DNA of 64,000 nt from Eledone cirrhosa. Lineage: Eukaryota. Of the stretch, positions 58,901-64,000 are shown piece after piece. The notes below the pieces were generated by a model that worked only from the letters and a program-made list of their open reading frames with translations, had not been told where the DNA came from and did not search any database. The translations under genes were made by a program, and so were the position numbers. The number at the start of each line of letters is the position of its first letter. The first letter of the stretch is position 1. The DNA lies in NCBI GenBank assembly GCA_964016885.1, contig OZ024754.1:34844001-34908000 (forward strand), in the 5' to 3' direction.

Positions 58901-60420
58901 AAACTAAAGAATGTTGATGAAGTGTATACAGAAAGAAACTAAAGAATGTAGATGAAGTGTATATAGAAAGAAACTAAAGAATGTAGATGTAGTGTATATA
59001 GAAAGAAACTAAAGAATGTTGATGAAGTGTATACAGAAAGAAACTAAAGAATGTAGATGAAGTGTATATAGAAAGAAACTAAAGAATGTAGATGAAGTGT
59101 ATACAGAAAGAAACTAAAGAATGTAGATGAAGTGTATATAGAAAGAAACTAAAGAATGTTGATGAAGTGTATATAGAAAGAAACTAAAGAATGTAGATGA
59201 AGTGTATATAGAAAGAAACTAAAGAATGTAGATGTAGTGTATATAGAAAGAAACTAAAGAATGTTGATGAAGTGTATATAGAAAGAAACTAAAGAATGTA
59301 GATGAAGTGTATATAGAAAGAAACTAAAGAATGTAGATGAAGTGTATACAGAATGAAACTAAAGAATGTAGATGAAGTGTATACAGAAAGAAACTAAAGA
59401 ATGTTGATGAAGTGTATATAGAAAGAAACTAAAGAATGTTGATGAAGTGTATACAGAAAGAAACTAAGGAATGTAGATGAAGTGTATATAGAAAGAAACT
59501 AAAGAATGTAGATGTAGTGTATATTGAAAGAAACTAAAGAATGTAGATGAAGTGTATATAGAAAGAAACTAAAGAATGTAGATGTAGTGTATATAGAAAG
59601 AAACTAAAGAATGTTGATGAAGTGTATATAGAAAGAAACTAAAGAATGTTGATGAAGTGTATATAGAAAGAAACTAAAGAATGTAGATGAAGTGTATACA
59701 GAAAGAAACTAAAGAATGTAGATGAAGTGTATACAGAAAGAAACTAAAGAATGTTGATGAAGTGTATACAGAAAGAAACTAAAGAATGTTGATGAAGTGT
59801 ATACAGAAAGAAACTAAAGAATGTTGATGAAGTGTATACAGAAAGAAACTAAAGAATGTAGATGTAGTGTATATAGAAAGAAACTAAAGAATGTAGATGA
59901 AGTGTATACAGAATGAAACTAAAGAATGTAGATGAAGTGTATACAGAAAGAAACTAAAGAATGTTGATGAAGTGTATATAGAAAGAAACTAAAGAATGTT
60001 GATGAAGTGTATACAGAAAGAAACTAAAGAATGTAGATGAAGTGTATATAGAAAGAAACTAAAGAATGTAGATGTAGTGTATATAGAAAGAAACTAAAGA
60101 ATGTAGATGAAGTGTATATAGAAAGAAACTAAAGAATGTAGATGTAGTGTATATAGAAAGAAACTAAAGAATGTTGATGAAGTGTATATAGAAGGAAACT
60201 AAAGAATGTTGATGAAGTGTATATAGAAAGAAACTAAAGAATGTAGATGAAGTGTATACAGAATAAAACTAAAGAATGTAGATGAAGTGTATACAGAAAA
60301 AACTAAAGAATGTTGATGAAGTGTATACAGAAAGAAACTAAAGAATGTTGATGAAGTGTATACAGAAAGAAACTAAAGAATGTTGATGAAGTGTATACAG
60401 AAAGAAACTAAAGAATGTAG
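55870..60420. repeat. Tandem block duplication, period 2,275 bp (65 monomers)
   Basis: Markers pair at +2275: gaaaaaaact 55956/58231, gaaacaaact 56446/58721, gaattaaact 56516/58791, gaaggaaact 57916/60191. Confidence 0.88.
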
Positions 60421-63400
60421 ATGAAGTGTATACAGAAAGAAATTAAAGAATGTAGATGAAGTGTATACAGAAAGAAACTAAAGAATGTAGATGAAGTGTA
60501 TACAGAAAGAAACTAAAGAATGTAGATGAAGCGTATACAGAAAGAAACTAAAGAATGTTGATGAAGTGTATACAGAATGAAACTAAAGAATGTTGATGAA
60601 GTGTATATAGAAAGAAACTAAAGAATGTTGATGAAGTGTATATAGAAAGAAACTAAAGAATGTAGATGAAGTGTATACAGAAAGAAACTAAAGAATGTTG
60701 ATGAAGTGTATATAGAAAGAAACTAAATAATGTTGATGAAGTGTATACAGAAAGAAACTAAAGAATGTTGATGAAGTGTATACAGAAAGAAACTAAAGAA
60801 TGTAGATGAAGTGTATACAGAAAGAAACTAAAGAATGTTGATGAAGTGTATACAGAAAGAAACTAAAGAATGTTGATGAAGTGTATACAGAAAGAAACTA
60901 AAGAATGTAGATGAAGTGTATATAGAAAGAAACTAAAGAATGTTGATGAAGTGTATATAGAAAGAAACTAAAGAATGTTGATGAAGTGTATATAGAAAGA
61001 AACTAAAGAATGTAGATGAAGTGTAAATAGAAAGAAACTAAAGAATGTAGATGAAGTGTATACAGAAAGAAACTAAAGAATGTTGATGAAGTGTATATAG
61101 AAAGAAACTAAAGAATGTAGATGAAGTGTATATAGAAAGAAACTAAAGAATGTTGATGAAGTGTATATAGAAAGAAACTAAAGAATGTTGATGAAGTGTA
61201 TATAGAAAAAAACTAAAGAATGTAGATGAAGTGTATATAGAAAGAAACTAAAGAATGTAGATGAAGTGTATACAGAAAGAAACTAAAGAATGTTGATGAA
61301 GTGTATACAGAAAGAAACTAAAGAATGTAGATGAAGTGTATATAGAAAGAAACTAAAGAATGTTGATGAAGTGTATATAGAAAGAAACTAAAGAATGTAG
61401 ATGTAGTGTATATAGAAAGAAACTAAAGAATGTTGATGAAGTGTATATAGAAAGAAACTAAATAATGTTGATGAAGTGTATACAGAAAGAAACTAAAGAA
61501 TGTAGATGAAGTGTATATAGAAAGAAACTAAAGAATATTAATAAAGTGTATATAGAAAGAAACTAAAGAATGTTGATGAAGTGTATATAGAAAGAAACTA
61601 AAGAATGTAGATGAAGTGGAAATAGAAAGAAACTAAAGAATGTTGATGAAGTGTATATAGAAAGAAACTAAAGAATGTTGATGAAGTGTATATAGAAAGA
61701 AACTAAAGAATGTAGATGAAGTGTATATAGAAAGAAACTAAAGAATGTAGATGAAGTGTATACAGAAAGAAACTAAAGAATGTTGATGAAGTGTATACAG
61801 AAAGAAACTAAAGAATGTAGATGAAGTGTATATAGAAAGAAACTAAAGAATGTTGATGAAGTGTATATAGAAAGAAACTAAAGAATGTAGATGAAGTGTA
61901 TATAGAAAGAAACTAAAGAATGTAGATGAAGTGTATACAGAAAGAAACTAAAGAATGTTGATGAAGTGTATACAGAAAGAAACTAAAGAATGTAGATGAA
62001 GTGTATATAGAAAGAAACTAAAGAATGTTGATGAAGTGTATATAGAAAGAAACTAAAGAATGTAGATGAAGTGTATATAGAAAGAAACTAAAGAATGTAG
62101 ATGAAGTGTATACAGAAAGAAACTAAAGAATGTTGATGAAGTGTATACAGAAACAAACTAAAGAATGTAGATGAAGTGTATATAGAAAGAAACTAAAGAA
62201 TGTTGATGAAGTGTATATAGAATTAAACTAAAGAATGTTGATGAAGTGTATATAGAAAGAAACTAAAGAATGTAGATGAAGTGTATACAGAAAGAAACTA
62301 AAGAATGTTGATGAAGTGTATATAGAAAGAAACTAAAGAATGTTGATGAAGTGTATACAGAAAGAAACTAAAGAATGTAGATGAAGTGTATATAGAAAGA
62401 AACTAAAGAATGTAGATGTAGTGTATATAGAAAGAAACTAAAGAATGTAGATGAAGTGTATATAGAAAGAAACTAAAGAATGTAGATGTAGTGTATATAG
62501 AAAGAAACTAAAGAATGTTGATGAAGTGTATATAGAAGGAAACTAAAGAATGTTGATGAAGTGTATATAGAAAGAAACTAAAGAATGTAGATGAAGTGTA
62601 TACAGAAAGAAACTAAAGAATGTAGATGAAGTGTATACAGAAAGAAACTAAAGAATGTTGATGAAGTGTATACAGAAAGAAACTAAAGAATGTTGATGAA
62701 GTGTATACAGAAAGAAACTAAAGAATGTTGATGAAGTGTATACAGAAAGAAACTAAAGAATGTAGATGAAGTGTATACAGAAAGAAATTAAAGAATGTAG
62801 ATGAAGTGTATACAGAAAGAAACTAAAGAATGTAGATGAAGTGTATACAGAAAGAAACTAAAGAATGTAGATGAAGCGTATACAGAAAGAAACTAAAGAA
62901 TGTTGATGAAGTGTATACAGAATGAAACTAAAGAATGTTGATGAAGTGTATATAGAAAGAAACTAAAGAATGTTGATGAAGTGTATATAGAAAGAAACTA
63001 AAGAATGTAGATGAAGTGTATACAGAAAGAAACTAAAGAATGTTGATGAAGTGTATATAGAAAGAAACTAAATAATGTTGATGAAGTGTATACAGAAAGA
63101 AACTAAAGAATGTTGATGAAGTGTATACAGAAAGAAACTAAAGAATGTAGATGAAGTGTATACAGAAAGAAACTAAAGAATGTTGATGAAGTGTATACAG
63201 AAAGAAACTAAAGAATGTTGATGAAGTGTATACAGAAAGAAACTAAAGAATGTAGATGAAGTGTATATAGAAAGAAACTAAAGAATGTTGATGAAGTGTA
63301 TATAGAAAGAAACTAAAGAATGTTGATGAAGTGTATATAGAAAGAAACTAAAGAATGTAGATGAAGTGTAAATAGAAAGAAACTAAAGAATGTAGATGAA

Positions 63401-63600
63401 GTGTATACAGAAAGAAACTAAAGAATGTTGATGAAGTGTATATAGAAAGAAACTAAAGAATGTAGATGAAGTGTATATAGAAAGAAACTAAAGAATGTTG
63501 ATGAAGTGTATATAGAAAGAAACTAAAGAATGTTGATGAAGTGTATATAGAAAAAAACTAAAGAATGTAGATGAAGTGTATATAGAAAGAAACTAAAGAA
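59950..63600. repeat. Block duplication, offset about 2,345 bp (67 monomers)
   Basis: gaaggaaact 60191/62535 (+2344, spanning the 1-nt deletion at ~60300) and aaattaaag 60440/62785 (+2345). The agcgt and gtaaatag markers follow in the same order. Confidence 0.78.
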
Positions 63601-64000
63601 TGTAGATGAAGTGTATACAGAAAGAAACTAAAGAATGTAGATGAAGTGTATATAGAAAGAAACTAAAGAATGTAGATGTAGTGTATATAGAAAGAAACTA
63701 AAGAATGTTGATGAAGTGTATACAGAAAGAAACTAAAGAATGTAGATGAAGTGTATATAGAAAGAAACTAAAGAATGTAGATGAAGTGTATACAGAAAGA
63801 AACTAAAGAATGTAGATGAAGTGTATATAGAAAGAAACTAAAGAATGTTGATGAAGTGTATATAGAAAGAAACTAAAGAATGTAGATGAAGTGTATATAG
63901 AAAGAAACTAAAGAATGTAGATGTAGTGTATATAGAAAGAAACTAAAGAATGTTGATGAAGTGTATATAGAAAGAAACTAAAGAATGTAGATGAAGTGTA

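Larger units (their letters stand above)
1..64000. repeat. 35-bp tandem satellite array, consensus AGAAACTAAAGAATGTWGATGAAGTGTATAYAGAA, about 1,828.8 monomers in a single orientation
   Basis: The pattern recurs every 35 nt (line 1 and line 421 start identically; 420 = 12 x 35). The first monomer starts at 1 and the last at 63973. After correcting for a net -8 nt of indels, 63980/35 = 1828 exactly. I saw no inverted copy or foreign insert. Confidence 0.99.

Noticed and set aside
1-64000. CRISPR array (35-bp repeat length and a GAAAC motif resembling repeat 3' ends)
   Set aside because: Monomers abut directly with no unique spacers, leader or cas genes.
1-64000. Giant repetitive protein on the + strand (KLKNVDEVYIER-like peptide in one frame)
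   Set aside because: 35 is not a multiple of 3. Each frame runs into TAA (AAC TAA), TGA or TAG within about two monomers, so the longest open stretches are about 20 codons.
1-64000. Minus-strand CDS
   Set aside because: Every frame has a TAG each 105 nt and the consensus has no ATG. Monomer gains and losses are not in multiples of three monomers.
1-64000. Telomerase-type telomeric repeat (G-rich versus C-poor strand bias)
   Set aside because: There are no G-runs, the unit is longer than typical telomerase repeats, and kb-scale duplicated variant patterns indicate recombinational copying rather than templated addition. A satellite-type chromosome end cannot be excluded without the flanks.
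1-64000. Rolling-circle or concatemer sequencing artefact, or synthetic data-encoding DNA
   Set aside because: Rare variants are inherited in nested, position-dependent blocks with stepwise derivation. That fits evolutionary descent rather than random error around one template or a designed code.
1-64000. Embedded transposon, inversion or unique island inside the array
   Set aside because: Monomer phase can be followed continuously from base 1 to 64000 with only six 1-3 nt shifts. I saw no reverse-complement monomer or foreign sequence.

Overview
The whole 64 kb window is one uninterrupted, head-to-tail satellite array with no unique sequence. The monomer is 35 bp, consensus AGAAACTAAAGAATGT[A/T]GATGAAGTGTATA[T/C]AGAA, with about 1,828 full copies plus a partial copy, and the array runs off both ends. 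It is about 26-29% GC and strongly strand-asymmetric (+ strand 25-26 of 35 bases purine, 1-2 C per monomer). I find no supportable gene, RNA gene, transposon or CRISPR array. The information lies in the variants. Two common polymorphic positions (16/17 W, 31 Y) and about a dozen rare markers reveal a nested hierarchy of 210-bp hexamers, 560/595-bp cassettes and block duplications of 1.3-9.4 kb. Marker sets are layered from left to right, and only six frame-breaking indels occur. This looks like a recently expanded eukaryotic-type satellite (heterochromatic, centromeric or subtelomeric is inference only). I cannot assign organism or family from the sequence, and I see no evidence of a new coding system. 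Block boundaries were read by eye and are approximate to within 1-2 monomers.
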